In this document: piece by piece, positions 1 to 11,105 of the stretch
Layout of the letters: each line of letters begins with the position of its first letter
Numbering within the stretch: the stretch's first letter is position 1
Assembly (NCBI GenBank): GCA_024704765.1
Contig: JAKMXF010000011.1
Span: forward strand, 479,557 to 543,556
Length of the DNA: 64,000 nucleotides
Origin: Oopsacas minuta
Lineage: Eukaryota > Animalia > Porifera
Direction: 5' to 3'
Notes under the pieces: generated by a model
Databases searched by the model: none
Told to the model about the DNA's origin: nothing
What the model saw: only the letters and a program-made list of their open reading frames with translations
Translations under genes and position numbers: made by a program

Positions 1-346
1 TAATTTTCCTTTCTAAGGTACACATTGCGAAATTCTTCTTTCAATAACTATCGTTGAACTTGTATTTATCTTATAGTGAAGACCAATGATCTATAAGAAA
101 TTCAAATTCAACGTTCTCCATGAAAATAAACGTAAATAATAAAGAAATTAATTAAAAGTAACCAATGATAAAAGGAAATTTATATTACCTTGAAGCCTAG
201 AATTCTGCATTACGAGTACAAGTAACCTTGATTAGAAACGCCAATCGTTTTCTAATGCAACCAAAATATACCAACTTTACGAAATATATAAGTATACTTA
301 TTATCTTCGCAACTATAATTAGAATTTGAAAACGCATATAGCAAAA

Positions 347-1576
347 ATGGCATTTCGTTACCCAATTCCACCACAAGTTGTAGATTCAATAGAGACACAC
401 ATTAATTACACGATTGACCGTCTCATAGGTGTACTGAATTTCCGCAGAATTGAGCTGCTTGAAAAAGTTCGAAACGCACGTGAGGATAAGAAAGCTAATG
501 AGTTGGAGCGACAACAAATGATCAACCAACTAACTGAGGCTAAGGCTAACATGAACGAAATTCTAAGACAAAACCCACTCCAGTCTATGCAAGAGAGAAT
601 AGTCATTGAAATGGAAGAGAGATTGCGAAATCTTAGAAAGAACAATCCAGCAGAAACCCAATTTGTCTGGCGGTGCGACACACGTGACTTTGAAACTAGC
701 ATTTCCCGTCTAGGAGAGATTGTAGAGATATTCGTAGATATACCAGACTATGCTGCATTCCGAATGCCCACTGTAGCTGTTGGGAAGAAAGGTTCATCTC
801 CTGGCGAGTTGTATAACCCATTCGGCGTAGCAATAGCTGAAGCTACAAACCAAATATTCGTAGCAAATTTTGACAATAACAGAGTTGAGATATTCTCTGA
901 CACAGGAGAATACCTCAATCAATTGGGTGCAGGACAGCTGTATAAGCCGTACGGCATAGCAATTCATAAGGAGAATGTGTACATTAGCAGTTCTTCAGAA
1001 CACACTGTCAGCAAATTCGACCTAACTGACATGAGCCTTGATTGGAGGATAGGAGGTTATGGATCAGACAACGGACAGCTCAACAGTCCTAGACAATTAT
1101 CAACAGACCCCATTGGTCGTGTATTTATAGCAGACTGTAATAACAACAGAATCAGCGTACACGACAGTCAACTAATACATATACGGAACATTAAGCATCA
1201 ATCAATGTCTCTACCATTTGATGTTAAAGTATCCCATAACCGTGTTTTTGTGCTGTGTCCAGATAACAACCCGTGCATGCATGTGATTACCCTAGAGGGA
1301 GACAAGCTGCAATCTCTCATTACCAGTGCACAAGGAATAGATACGCTACGCCCTTGGTTCTTCTGTATAGATCGACTAAATAACTTTGTTCTTAGTGAAC
1401 TTAATAGTCATTCAATTCGAATTTTCTCTCCAGAGGGACATCTCCTACACACGATAGGGAGTGAGGGACATCAGCAAGGAATGTTCTGTAGGCCACGAGG
1501 AATTGGTATAACTCCAAACAAGAGATTAGTTTGTGTATCAGATAATCAAGACTATGGTATACAATTTTTTTACTAG
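347..1576 (+). CDS. Coiled-coil + NHL-repeat beta-propeller protein (TRIM71/brat-like C-terminal half, no RING/B-box in this ORF)
   Basis: Repeated NHL motifs: GSSPGELYNPFGVAI, GQLYKPYGIAI, GQLNSPRQLS, GMFCRPRGIGI, IFVANFDNNRVEIF, VFIADCNNNRISV. They follow a helical E/K/R/Q-rich region. First ATG is at 347; the ORF track starts at TTG 326. An upstream exon cannot be excluded. Confidence 0.9.
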   Translation: MAFRYPIPPQVVDSIETHINYTIDRLIGVLNFRRIELLEKVRNAREDKKANELERQQMINQLTEAKANMNEILRQNPLQSMQERIVIEMEERLRNLRKNNPAETQFVWRCDTRDFETSISRLGEIVEIFVDIPDYAAFRMPTVAVGKKGSSPGELYNPFGVAIAEATNQIFVANFDNNRVEIFSDTGEYLNQLGAGQLYKPYGIAIHKENVYISSSSEHTVSKFDLTDMSLDWRIGGYGSDNGQLNSPRQLSTDPIGRVFIADCNNNRISVHDSQLIHIRNIKHQSMSLPFDVKVSHNRVFVLCPDNNPCMHVITLEGDKLQSLITSAQGIDTLRPWFFCIDRLNNFVLSELNSHSIRIFSPEGHLLHTIGSEGHQQGMFCRPRGIGITPNKRLVCVSDNQDYGIQFFY

Positions 1577-1699
1577 TATGGTTATTGTTTTTGATATTTT
1601 TCTATGAATGGACACTATACCACTATAATATTATTAAATTTGAATTCATCCGCAAGATTAAGTTTAAACTCATTAAGTTCTCCCTCCATTTACTTGATA

Positions 1700-1959
1700 C
1701 ACTCCCTGGTCAAAAGTATTGGAACACCATAGCATTAATAACACATGTGGCATGTGGCACATTGTGAGAATATACGTATTGAATAGTCTGAAAATATATC
1801 AGAAAAGGCGATTGTACTACGTAGTAATGATAAAAGTAATGATTGAATAAGTTCACAGATGTTCGAAATTATCTTCAGCCTATGCAACTAAAGTAAACTA
1901 CATATTTATGCCATGTGTCAATTGTGACAGAGTGTTCCAATACTATTGGCCAGGGAGTG
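1700..1959. mobile_element. Tc1/mariner-type MITE
   Basis: About 28-bp imperfect TIR: CACTCCCTGGTCAAAAGTATTGGAACAC at 1700 and its reverse complement ending at 1959. TA lies on the left flank and TG on the right. No ORF. Confidence 0.7.
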
Positions 1960-1986
1960 TGTAGTTTAGTGCAGCTTCTATAGGGA

Positions 1987-2230
1987 CAGTGTCTCCAACG
2001 CTTGGATTTTTCTCTCACGTATAGGGAAATAGTCCTAAGACTTAGATTTTATTCTCAATGTTTTTGAAATATTGGAGTTCGTTCTAAGACAATTCTTGGA
2101 CACATTTTGAAAATTAACTGCCTCAACATTCTTGTACATACATTTTGTAGTTTGTTTGGGACAAATATTTGCCTACATAACACATTCTTAGGATAGCTTG
2201 GGATTTTTGAAATTTACGTCGGAAACACTG
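1987..2230. mobile_element. hAT-type MITE with 8-bp TSD
   Basis: TIRs CAGTGTCTCCAACG / CGTCGGAAACACTG. Identical 8-bp flanks TATAGGGA at 1979-1986 and 2231-2238. Confidence 0.85.
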
Positions 2231-2700
2231 TATAGGGAGATGCCCTAATGTCATGGGTGATGTGCAACGTCAGTCAGATGGTCCGCGCGGCAGCTAGAAA
2301 TCTAACAGTCCTATTTACATGAATATTGGTGTACATATACATTTTGGGTCGGAGATTAGCACCTAGGGTATGAATTTTCTAAAGTGAATACTTCACAACT
2401 TTCTGGTGATTAATCATATTTTCACGCCTACCTATGTAAAATTCAAAAGCATGCTAGTCAGCTGGAGATTAGGCTTCAACATGTTGTTAGCGGTTATTGG
2501 GTGTGCAACTGTGGATAGTTCGAATTAGAGCTGATTAGAGCTGAAAGTTACAAATTTACAGATTTATCATATGATTAATCATATTTTCACACCTTTTTGC
2601 AAATTTGCAAAATGAGGTTAGAACTTTGTTTCAACGGCTAGTTACGGGTAATTGAGTTTGGCGATTCCAAATTAGATATTTTCGAATAAGATTTTTTTGT
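2231..2700 (+). repeat. Dispersed non-coding repeat family (copies at about 21420-21630, and reversed at about 7810-8150)
   Basis: Shared blocks such as CATATACATTTTGGGT.GGAGATT.GCACCT.GGGTATGAAT and CTTTCTGGTGATTAATCA occur at 2330-2420 and 21520-21600. ATCATATGATTAATCATATTTTCACACCTTTTTG at about 2570 matches the reverse complement of 7835-7875. Confidence 0.7.
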
Positions 2701-2732
2701 GATTAATAATATTATCACACCTTTTTTGCATA

Positions 2733-2896
2733 CTGTGAAACCTGCATAAACCGACACCTGTACAACCGGAAGACCTCTAGCTCTATAATCCGGCAGTGTT
2801 TCTGATCTAAAATAGCATCCAACCGCGACAATACATATTCACCTGCATAATCCGACACTATATCCATGTGACAACGAGTGTCGGTTTATGCAGGTT
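2733..2896. mobile_element. pogo/Tigger-like MITE; empty-site homolog of the MITE at 32209-34565
   Basis: Ends AACCTGCATAAACCGACAC / GTGTCGGTTTATGCAGGTT. The internal sequence aligns with the two halves of 32209-32281 and 34505-34565. Confidence 0.7.
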
Positions 2897-3936
2897 AAGT
2901 TGAGAACCCGGCCCTTGGCCAGCCGGAGTGTTTAATGAAATTTATGATAAGAGTTATTTCTAAAGCAAAACATCATAGATTTGGAACAAAGAAATTTAAA
3001 TGCGAGATACTAAATCCCCAATATTGCGTATCTCTATAATCTATCTAAATCTTGCTTATATCAAATATTCACTATCATCAACAATTTCCTCGACGTGTTG
3101 ATTAGGAAGAACTACGTCCTTTCATCTTGGAAATTCTCTCAACGACATGTAATTGACTAAAGTATAATAGGAATTAGCCGCGCATAGCACATGTCCACCT
3201 TTTCCTACATAAGAGTATGCACCCCGAAAAGCTCAGTTATGAATTTGTATTACATTTTAATGATAAAATTACATCAAATAATTATTGCATTCTCCAAGAG
3301 TTCATGATTGTAGAATTATACTAATCAATGTTGGTGATATATTCTTATATTACGATTTTAGATCAATTGGGTCGGAAACCTTAAGGCCTTCGGGCACAAA
3401 ATTTCCTAGATAAACCATTGATGAAGTTGGAAGGCGAATCTCTATTATCTATTGTAATGAAATATCGATACCTGATAAAGCCAGGTAATAAATACTTCAT
3501 CAGAATTTCCATTTGATTAATCTCTACTATGCCATATCACAACTGAGACGGGTTGCCTGAATAAGCTCGAATTTGAAAATAGGAATAAGACCTGCAAGCT
3601 CAATTTCCGAATGACAGTCGAAATAGTGAACTTAAATCCGCATACCCCCTAGAAATGTAATGTAATTATTACATCCATAAAAAATGCCAATAACACGTTT
3701 CAAGCGATTCAAAAAAGCTCTAATCCACTTGGTGGGGGCAGGACAACTCAGGGCCAAGATGGACACCAATACAAGTTAAAAATACGAGTGACATTTGAAC
3801 TATATTAGTATTCCGCATCCTCACTGAGGCCAATGAAATACAACTAATTTCAAAATGACATGAATTGTAATAGGAAAGGAGAAAGCATAAATACATCGTT
3901 AATTAATACATGGCAAACTACTCAGAAAAATCAAAA

Positions 3937-6312
3937 CTAATCGTCCTCATCTATGGTATCTGAAATCAAATTGTTTAGCGTTAGGTTCTTCAGGTTTCTA
4001 CAGTTTTGTAATACTATTTCCTCTGTTTTTTCATTTGCGTTTGTACCATTCAGGAACAAAGAGCTTAGATATGGAATGGACAAGCAAGAAAGTCCCAAAT
4101 TGTTCACTTTAGTATAGTTAAGATTGAGTATTGCCAGGTTTTCACACTTGTTCAACAGTTGAGACTGAAGTAACAGATTAGATATCTGAGTACCTGACAA
4201 ATTCAGATATACCAGCTGCGATAAAAACGGGAATATGTATATAGCAGTATTATCTTCAAGCTTAGTATGCTCCAAGTCTAGTATTCGCAGCTGGGAAAGT
4301 GAAACTATAGATTTCAATGCTATCGATTCTATACATCTACAATTCTTTAAACTAAGCTCTGTAAGAGTATGTATCATCCCAATGCATTTCATGTCTATTA
4401 GGTCTAATGATAGACAGTTTGTGAGGTTGAGTTGTGTGAACTTATGATGCTGTAGGGAATTAAATGGAGAAGATCCATCTATATTCTGAATTACACGAGG
4501 AAAGGATATAGATTCTAAAGGGAGATACTTCAAGAAAGAGAAATCGGAAATAGATGCATCGTATACCTTGAGTACTTTCAAGTTCAAACATTTGAAAAAT
4601 TCTGAAAAATTAGTATCATCTCTGAAATCACAATTTGAAAAATCTAATTCTCTCAATTTTTCAAGACTAAACTCTGTACTCTCAGTAATAATGGGTAACG
4701 AAGTTACTTTTGTAGAATCTAAGTTCAGTACTTTAAGGTTATGACAGTGCTTCCCTAGAGATAGTAGAATATTCTGTGTAATTGAAGTTTTACTGAGATT
4801 CAATTCTTCTATAATAACCAATCCTTCATTGTTAATGAGGTGTAGCACTCCTTTGTCTGACACTTTAGTAGCTCGTAAATTGAGGATTTTTAGTTTTTTT
4901 AGTTTTGAAATTAAACTACAAGATGTGTTAGTTAGATTAGAGCAGTTTTCTAGTATTAAGTTATTCAGATGAGGCATTTCTGCGATAAATGATACAGCCT
5001 TGTCTGTTAGGAGAGAACTGCCTTTAATAACGAGCTTGGAAATTGACTTTATTCTCGTAATTCTATGTAGCAGTTCATTAGTTATGAGATTACAGCTCGT
5101 TAGATCTATCGTGTGCATTTTACAGCCAATAAACATATCAATTAATTTAGGAGATAAGATATTTTCTCGTATAAGCCTAGCTAAAATCATCTGTCCTTCA
5201 CCAGGGCTGAGATTGTTGAGATGAGGAAGATCTCCAACTTTTGCCCTTCGTATGAGAATACGGAATGATAGTTCTCTCAATGATACAATCTCTACGAAAG
5301 GACCTAGCTGCTTTATAATGTATTTCTTAGTTTCTATGTTTTTTAAGAATACAGATTTTGTGATAAAATCTCCACCCAAAATACTTCCTGGATCTCCCCA
5401 GTCATGAGCGGCCTGTAAGTTTGCTAGTAATGGCATAGCAGGCTGTGCATTGACTGGAGGCAATATTGGAACAGCAACATTTGATTTAGCATCGCTAGAT
5501 CGTCCGAATACGTCTGTAACTGCTCCTTGCTTCTTTACAACCAAAGATCCTCCCTTTTTAAACCCTAACGTGATTAGACTCTTAGTCATATCAGCAGCAG
5601 AATATTCTATCTTAGGGAATGACTGTGTTAATGTTATTTGAGTTAGATCGTATTCATTCTGAATCCAATCCAGAACAAATTCTAGTGTGTCCGTAGGATC
5701 GAAAAATTTAGTTATTATTATTCCGTTAAGTAGACGGATTGATACTCGTGACATTTCCTTCGCTTCTTGCATTTGTATCAGCTCTGATTCATCATCTAAT
5801 GACGTGTCAGGTTGTGTGACATGATTGACAGGTGGGTAGTATGCACGTCTCTCATTTCTATCGTTACGTATCAATTCTTTTATCTTTTCTTTGTGTTTCA
5901 AATTATTCTCTTTTTCTTGTCGCAATTTCTTATAGAATCCCTCCTTTTCTTCTTTATCTTGGCTAGAGTGAGATGGAGATGGTAAATATTTAATCGGTGT
6001 TTCAGCTTGGGAAGAAGATACAGGATATGTGATACTCTTGTTATGCCCGATAACTGTAGGTATACCAGCCTCTATCATGGAATAAGTATTAGATTCAGCG
6101 GTAGGTAATGTTGATACATTCGTGATGGGATCTGTTATGTCAGTAGATTGATTGATGAGGGAGTCTACAGCATCTTGTAGTGTTGGTTCAATATTCTCGC
6201 GTTTACATGACTGTAAATATTGTTGTATCTGTTCTGACTGAAAACCAATAGAAATTAAAGCGGACATGAAGGAATCATGGTCACTAAATGTTGGTTGAGA
6301 ATCAGAAGACAT
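3937..6312 (-). CDS. UBA-like + coiled-coil + UBX + leucine-rich-repeat protein (791 aa, intronless)
   Basis: N-terminal UBA-like helix bundle (SALISIGFQSEQIQQYL...LQDAVDSLI). UBX domain (SRVSIRLLNG...FDPTDTLEFVLDWI...LTQSFPKIEY...SLITLGFKKGGSLVVKK). About 14 LxxLxL LRRs (e.g. LKKLKILNLRATKVSD, LRILDLEHTKLED). Confidence 0.85.
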   Translation of the reverse strand: MSSDSQPTFSDHDSFMSALISIGFQSEQIQQYLQSCKRENIEPTLQDAVDSLINQSTDITDPITNVSTLPTAESNTYSMIEAGIPTVIGHNKSITYPVSSSQAETPIKYLPSPSHSSQDKEEKEGFYKKLRQEKENNLKHKEKIKELIRNDRNERRAYYPPVNHVTQPDTSLDDESELIQMQEAKEMSRVSIRLLNGIIITKFFDPTDTLEFVLDWIQNEYDLTQITLTQSFPKIEYSAADMTKSLITLGFKKGGSLVVKKQGAVTDVFGRSSDAKSNVAVPILPPVNAQPAMPLLANLQAAHDWGDPGSILGGDFITKSVFLKNIETKKYIIKQLGPFVEIVSLRELSFRILIRRAKVGDLPHLNNLSPGEGQMILARLIRENILSPKLIDMFIGCKMHTIDLTSCNLITNELLHRITRIKSISKLVIKGSSLLTDKAVSFIAEMPHLNNLILENCSNLTNTSCSLISKLKKLKILNLRATKVSDKGVLHLINNEGLVIIEELNLSKTSITQNILLSLGKHCHNLKVLNLDSTKVTSLPIITESTEFSLEKLRELDFSNCDFRDDTNFSEFFKCLNLKVLKVYDASISDFSFLKYLPLESISFPRVIQNIDGSSPFNSLQHHKFTQLNLTNCLSLDLIDMKCIGMIHTLTELSLKNCRCIESIALKSIVSLSQLRILDLEHTKLEDNTAIYIFPFLSQLVYLNLSGTQISNLLLQSQLLNKCENLAILNLNYTKVNNLGLSCLSIPYLSSLFLNGTNANEKTEEIVLQNCRNLKNLTLNNLISDTIDEDD

Positions 6313-6601
6313 CTATTTTGAATGATTTTAAGAAATTGTCAAAATTAAGGATACAGATACAGGAAAATATGAAGTTAATAATTATACGGATACCATAGAA
6401 TATTAAAATAAAGGATTAGACTGTAGGCTACCATCTCCGGTCCTGGAACTTGGTTCCGTATGTGTTTTCTTGATATGTCCTGTCTATGGCCAATGGCATA
6501 ACATATTTACATTTGTTCCTATAAAAAAGGAGACAATTAGATTTTGACGTCTCGGTGGGTGGTATCATTTGGTGATATGACATTCATAGCAGTCAAAAGA
6601 C

Positions 6602-7061
6602 TTAGCAATTAATCGGTTTAATGTATAATTCAATAAAATTAATTGGATTAAGCTTATGCTTTGCTCGAATGAAAATAATAATAAAATATAATATATCACC
6701 AATGGTGTTCATCATCACATTGATCACTATGTTCCATAACAACATTCCATAACATCGCCGATCTAACTTTATCCCCCTTACCCTCTCCCAATTCTTCCTA
6801 GCCTCCTCCCAATTTACAATATCTCTCAACTCCTCACTTAATTCCAAAGTTTCTTCAGCTAATACATCTGTCCGTTCTTGCCTTGCTAACCCTATCTTCC
6901 AATCTAACAACCTCATCCATAATTTCGTGATTATTCTCCAGCAATTGGTCAGTATTCTTCTGAAAATTGTCACTCATCTCCTTAATCGTATCTACTTTAT
7001 CCCTAGCTTCATTCATTATATCCATTATCACTTCTGATTTCTCTGATTTCGTTTGATTCAT
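6602..7061 (-). pseudogene. Frameshifted small coiled-coil + hydrophobic-tail ORF, member of a dispersed family
   Basis: ORFs 6855-7061 and 6602-6973 join across one frameshift (...RVSKARTD/VLAEETLELSEELRDIVNWEEARKNWERVRGIKLDRRCYGMLLWNIVINVMMNTIGDILYFIIIFI). A homologous copy lies at about 34850-35250. Confidence 0.55.
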
Positions 7062-8171
7062 TAATCTTTAAAAAAGCTATCATTAGAAGAAGATATACTT
7101 TAGAAGTAATTTAATGTAGAAACAGTTAATAGACGGATACCAGGGTTCAATTATTCCATACAGATGTATTTGTGCTAGGCCTGACTCAGACAAGTTCAAG
7201 CCTTGGGACGAGTCGTACATTTGACAGATTATGACATAATACTTAGTCACTTTTTGAGGAATAAATATGAATTACTCGTAGAAACCTTGCTAATAGACGA
7301 ACTTCACTGGTAATTAGATGATATTTGACTATGTATCACCTCGTAATAAACCATCACATCTTAGAATTTAAAACTAACGATGAGTAAATAGAAATAAACC
7401 ACTGACAGTATTAAGTAGAGGAAATGATCAAATTGAATTTACATACAGTACGAGTGGCCTATATATTTTGATAATATAATTGAACTGTGACCCAAGAAAG
7501 GTCATGTATGTCCTTGGAACATGTTGAGTCGCTAAAATCAACATAAAAGGTCCAGCCGACAGACTGGTAGTGCTGCTCAGTGTTATGTGTTTTGTTCTTC
7601 TCAGGGGGGCACGCACCCCTGCACCTGACCACCCTGTGTAGATACCGCAATGCACCAAGACTGATTTTGGACTCCTGGATCTGAGAAATATTCCAGGATA
7701 TTCAATATTATTCGTCCCTGCTGAATTTAATGTTCTATTCTCAAATCCTATGGATAAAATTCTAAAGAATTATCCCACAATTATCCCCTGTCTAACTTTT
7801 GAAACTAATCTCTAGCATCAATTTGAAGTATATACAAAAAGGTGTGAAAATATGATCAATCATATGATTAATCACTCAGTGAGAGATTTGCAAATGTCAA
7901 ACTTCGTATTTTAGTTGCACTAAAATTACGAAGTGGCTATTGACACATACCTGTCAGTATCAATGGCCAATCTGTCGCTCTTATTAATACCGACCAGTGC
8001 TAATTTCTGGCCTTAGTACCAAACAGGCTGAGAGGTGTTGTCCAGATTCACTGGCACCGCCAAATTGTGCAATTGGGTATTTTGAAGCGAGCTACAGCTG
8101 TTAGATTTGATATTTTCGAATTACTGAGTACTTTGTTACCGGTTGGTGTCAAAAATGTAAATTGTCTCAAC

Positions 8172-8736
8172 CATAGCATTCTATACACTAAGGCAATGGT
8201 GCTGATTAATGGACTTGGACCAGGGATTGGGTAAGTCAGTTCTAAGGAAATAATTGAGATATATTAGTTGCGATAAAATTTAAACGGTACATTTTGGCCC
8301 GAATATATATATTATTGATGTTTGACATTACTCACAGTCTACATCTACAAACTATTTTCAGGCCAAAATGACGTCATCTGTTTGCTTAGTTAGCAAATAT
8401 GTCACAAAAATTCTCCTATTTTGAAACTACTTAAAGAGGAATTTAATACATTTACGGTTTCAAAATTTTACCATAGAATATACGGATGTGGCTGTACAAA
8501 ATATCAAATTTTTGTCATTATAAAGTTCCCGCGTTCCAGAGTTATAGTAGTGACCGTGGGTGGCATATTTGAGCCAATATTCATCCATAACTTGACATCC
8601 TTCAATGTTACGGCCAGACAAACCTACACACATATAGTATATACTCGACTTCCCATACCCTAATAATACATTATGGTGTGATATCTCTAAAGAATAATGC
8701 GCAGTCATCATTAATACCATATATAGTCATTTTCAA
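8172..8736 (+). repeat. Left terminal inverted repeat (L)
   Basis: Reverse complement of 8755-9275 (about 99% by eye) and of 30440-31339 minus the MITE (about 95% by eye). Confidence 0.95.
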
Positions 8737-8754
8737 GATTGCTTCATAATCATC

Positions 8755-9275
8755 AGAGATATCATATCAAAATGTATTATTAGGGTATGGGAAGTCGAGT
8801 ATATACTATATGTGTGTAGGTTTGTCTGGCCGTAACATTGAAGGATGTCAAGTTATGGATGAATATTGGCTCAAATATGCCACCCACGGTCACTACTATA
8901 ACTCTGGAACGCGGGAACTTTATAATGACAAAAATTTGATATTTTGTACAGCCACATCCGTATATTCTATGGTAAAATTTTGAAACCGTAAATGTACTAA
9001 ATTCCTCTTTAAGTAGTTTCAAAATAGGAGAATTTTTGTGACATATTTGCTAACTAAGCAAACAGATGACGTCATTTTGGCCTGAAAATAGTTTGTAGAT
9101 GTAGACTGTGAGTAATGTCAAATATCAATAATATATATATATATTCGGGCCAAAATGTACCGTTTAAATTTTATCGCAACTAATATATCTCAATTATTTC
9201 CTTAGAACTGACCTACCCAATCCCTGGTCCAAGTCCATTAATCAGCACCATTGCCTTAGTGTATAGAATGCTATG
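8755..9275 (-). repeat. Internal inverted copy of the TIR (R'), forming a 1.1-kb palindrome with L
   Basis: Ends in CTATG at 9275, followed by GGGGAAAC rather than the TSD. The shadow ORFs 8421-8663(+) and 8780-9022(-) differ by only one residue (N/S). Confidence 0.95.
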
Positions 9276-9628
9276 GGGGAAACGTATATTTCTAACATAC
9301 AAAAGTATGAAAATATTGTTGCACTTATTGTAATATATTTGATAGATTTTGTTCCGACAACTTTCAATGATTCACATTTTATCTTAGTTTAGTGATTTTA
9401 TACGTCTAATATGCCCCAAATTGACAAGTTTTACGTATTATACTTAATTAATTAAAACTGTATACGGTCAAAGCCTTTTGGGAGATTTTAGAGTCCGAAA
9501 AGGGCTGAAATTTGGTTGAATTTCGGGTTAAAAAGGTCGTTTTCTGATTGAGACAAGGTACCTCAGTCCTACCATCTACGGATAATATCTATTATATTTG
9601 TGCGAATTAAACAATGTAGCTATTTATC

Positions 9629-10000
9629 ATGGCTGAACCAAGCGATCAATCCCATGAATATTTTGCTGCTATAGCTTCACAAAATTATTTCCTCGATTTT
9701 AATTCATGCTCTCTGACTGGATACAATGAAATCGAACATCCAACTGAAATGATTCCATTCTGCTCAACTTTTTTACTTGTATTATATAACAAGAGAATTC
9801 AATGGGCATCACGATGGACCTGGCAACACCTCACGTTGGGTGCTCATTCCACACAACGTTCAGAATCCATTTACTCAACGATCAAACAGTTTATAAAAGG
9901 ACATTCTCTTCTTACACTTCTCTCAAAAAATCTCAAATTTACCAAATGTAATTTTAGTGGATTATTGAAATTATGCTATTCTATGAAATATGCATTTTAG
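9629..10000 (+). pseudogene. MULE/FAR1-like transposase remnant
   Basis: The motif WASRWTWQHLTLGAHSTQRSESIYSTIKQ resembles the conserved W...G..(S/T)TQRSES.NS..K segment downstream of the MULE DDE domain. No full transposase is present. Confidence 0.55.
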
Positions 10001-11105
10001 CAAAGAAAGAGAAAATTGAATTTTAATAATCTTGTTAAACATTTAAAATGTTAAGACCTTCAAGGCAGTCGGCGTAGACCTTTCGCCAGTCTGCTTCACA
10101 CATGGAATGTTTTACTCCGCAGTATCCCAGCTAGGTAGCTCTGCGAAGCTTAGCATCTTAGCTACCGATAACCGTACCAGAAACGTTGTCTACCCTGAAG
10201 CTTTACTCTTAGAATGTGTACTTAGAGTAGAGCTGTAAGATATAATATACACTATATCATATAATCAGTGCATAAATTAATGGAAGCCCTGAAATATATT
10301 TACCGTGTTTATATGTATAGATTTATAGTTAGAAAACAAATTTACTACAAATCTGTTAGCGCGTTATTACGCATGTACGTTTATACTCCTGGTGCTTCTA
10401 CTTCTGCATCTGACATCAGAAATTTATATTTATATATTTTCTCAACTTTTGGACAATAATTCTAAATAGTTCTAGAGATTAGCTTCCATCAGCTAACAAG
10501 AAGTAAAGAGACATAGAATTCTATTCTTACAACTAATATCTTCCCGCACAGGCGGGGATGAGAAACAAGCACATAGCACTGTTTGAATCTAACTCTTATA
10601 ATACACGTATAACGTATAATACGGTATACGTGATCTATTTGAACGTATTATACGTCTAGGTTAATCTCGAAATTAGAGATTTTTACAATTTTAGACTTGT
10701 TATCAAGTATTATATAATTTGGTTAACTTTGCTGAGATTTATCATTAACATTTTGAGAACTTCTGTTTTCATACAAATAAATATTGCAGAAATCAGTCCA
10801 GTAGAAGTTACGTCACCAAAAATTGTAGATTCAACGTATAATCCATATTATACGTAATACGTCTTTATTAAAAGAAGTATTAAACAACTCATTAACTTTA
10901 ATAGCACAATAATACTAAACAATTGCTTGTGAATAACGAACTTTAATCAACAAATATCAGAATTCCATAAAATTTAGCACGAATAACATCTACAATAATA
11001 ATAATGATCAAATAAATACTCCAAACATCGTAGTTTGTCATCATTAAAATAGAAAGACATAATCTAGTATGATTTAAGTGATATGTCAATAAGCCACAAA
11101 GCTAA

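Noticed and set aside
8421-9022. Two 80-aa ORFs as a duplicated gene pair
   Set aside because: They are mirror images produced by the palindrome, start at TTG, and contain no recognisable domain.
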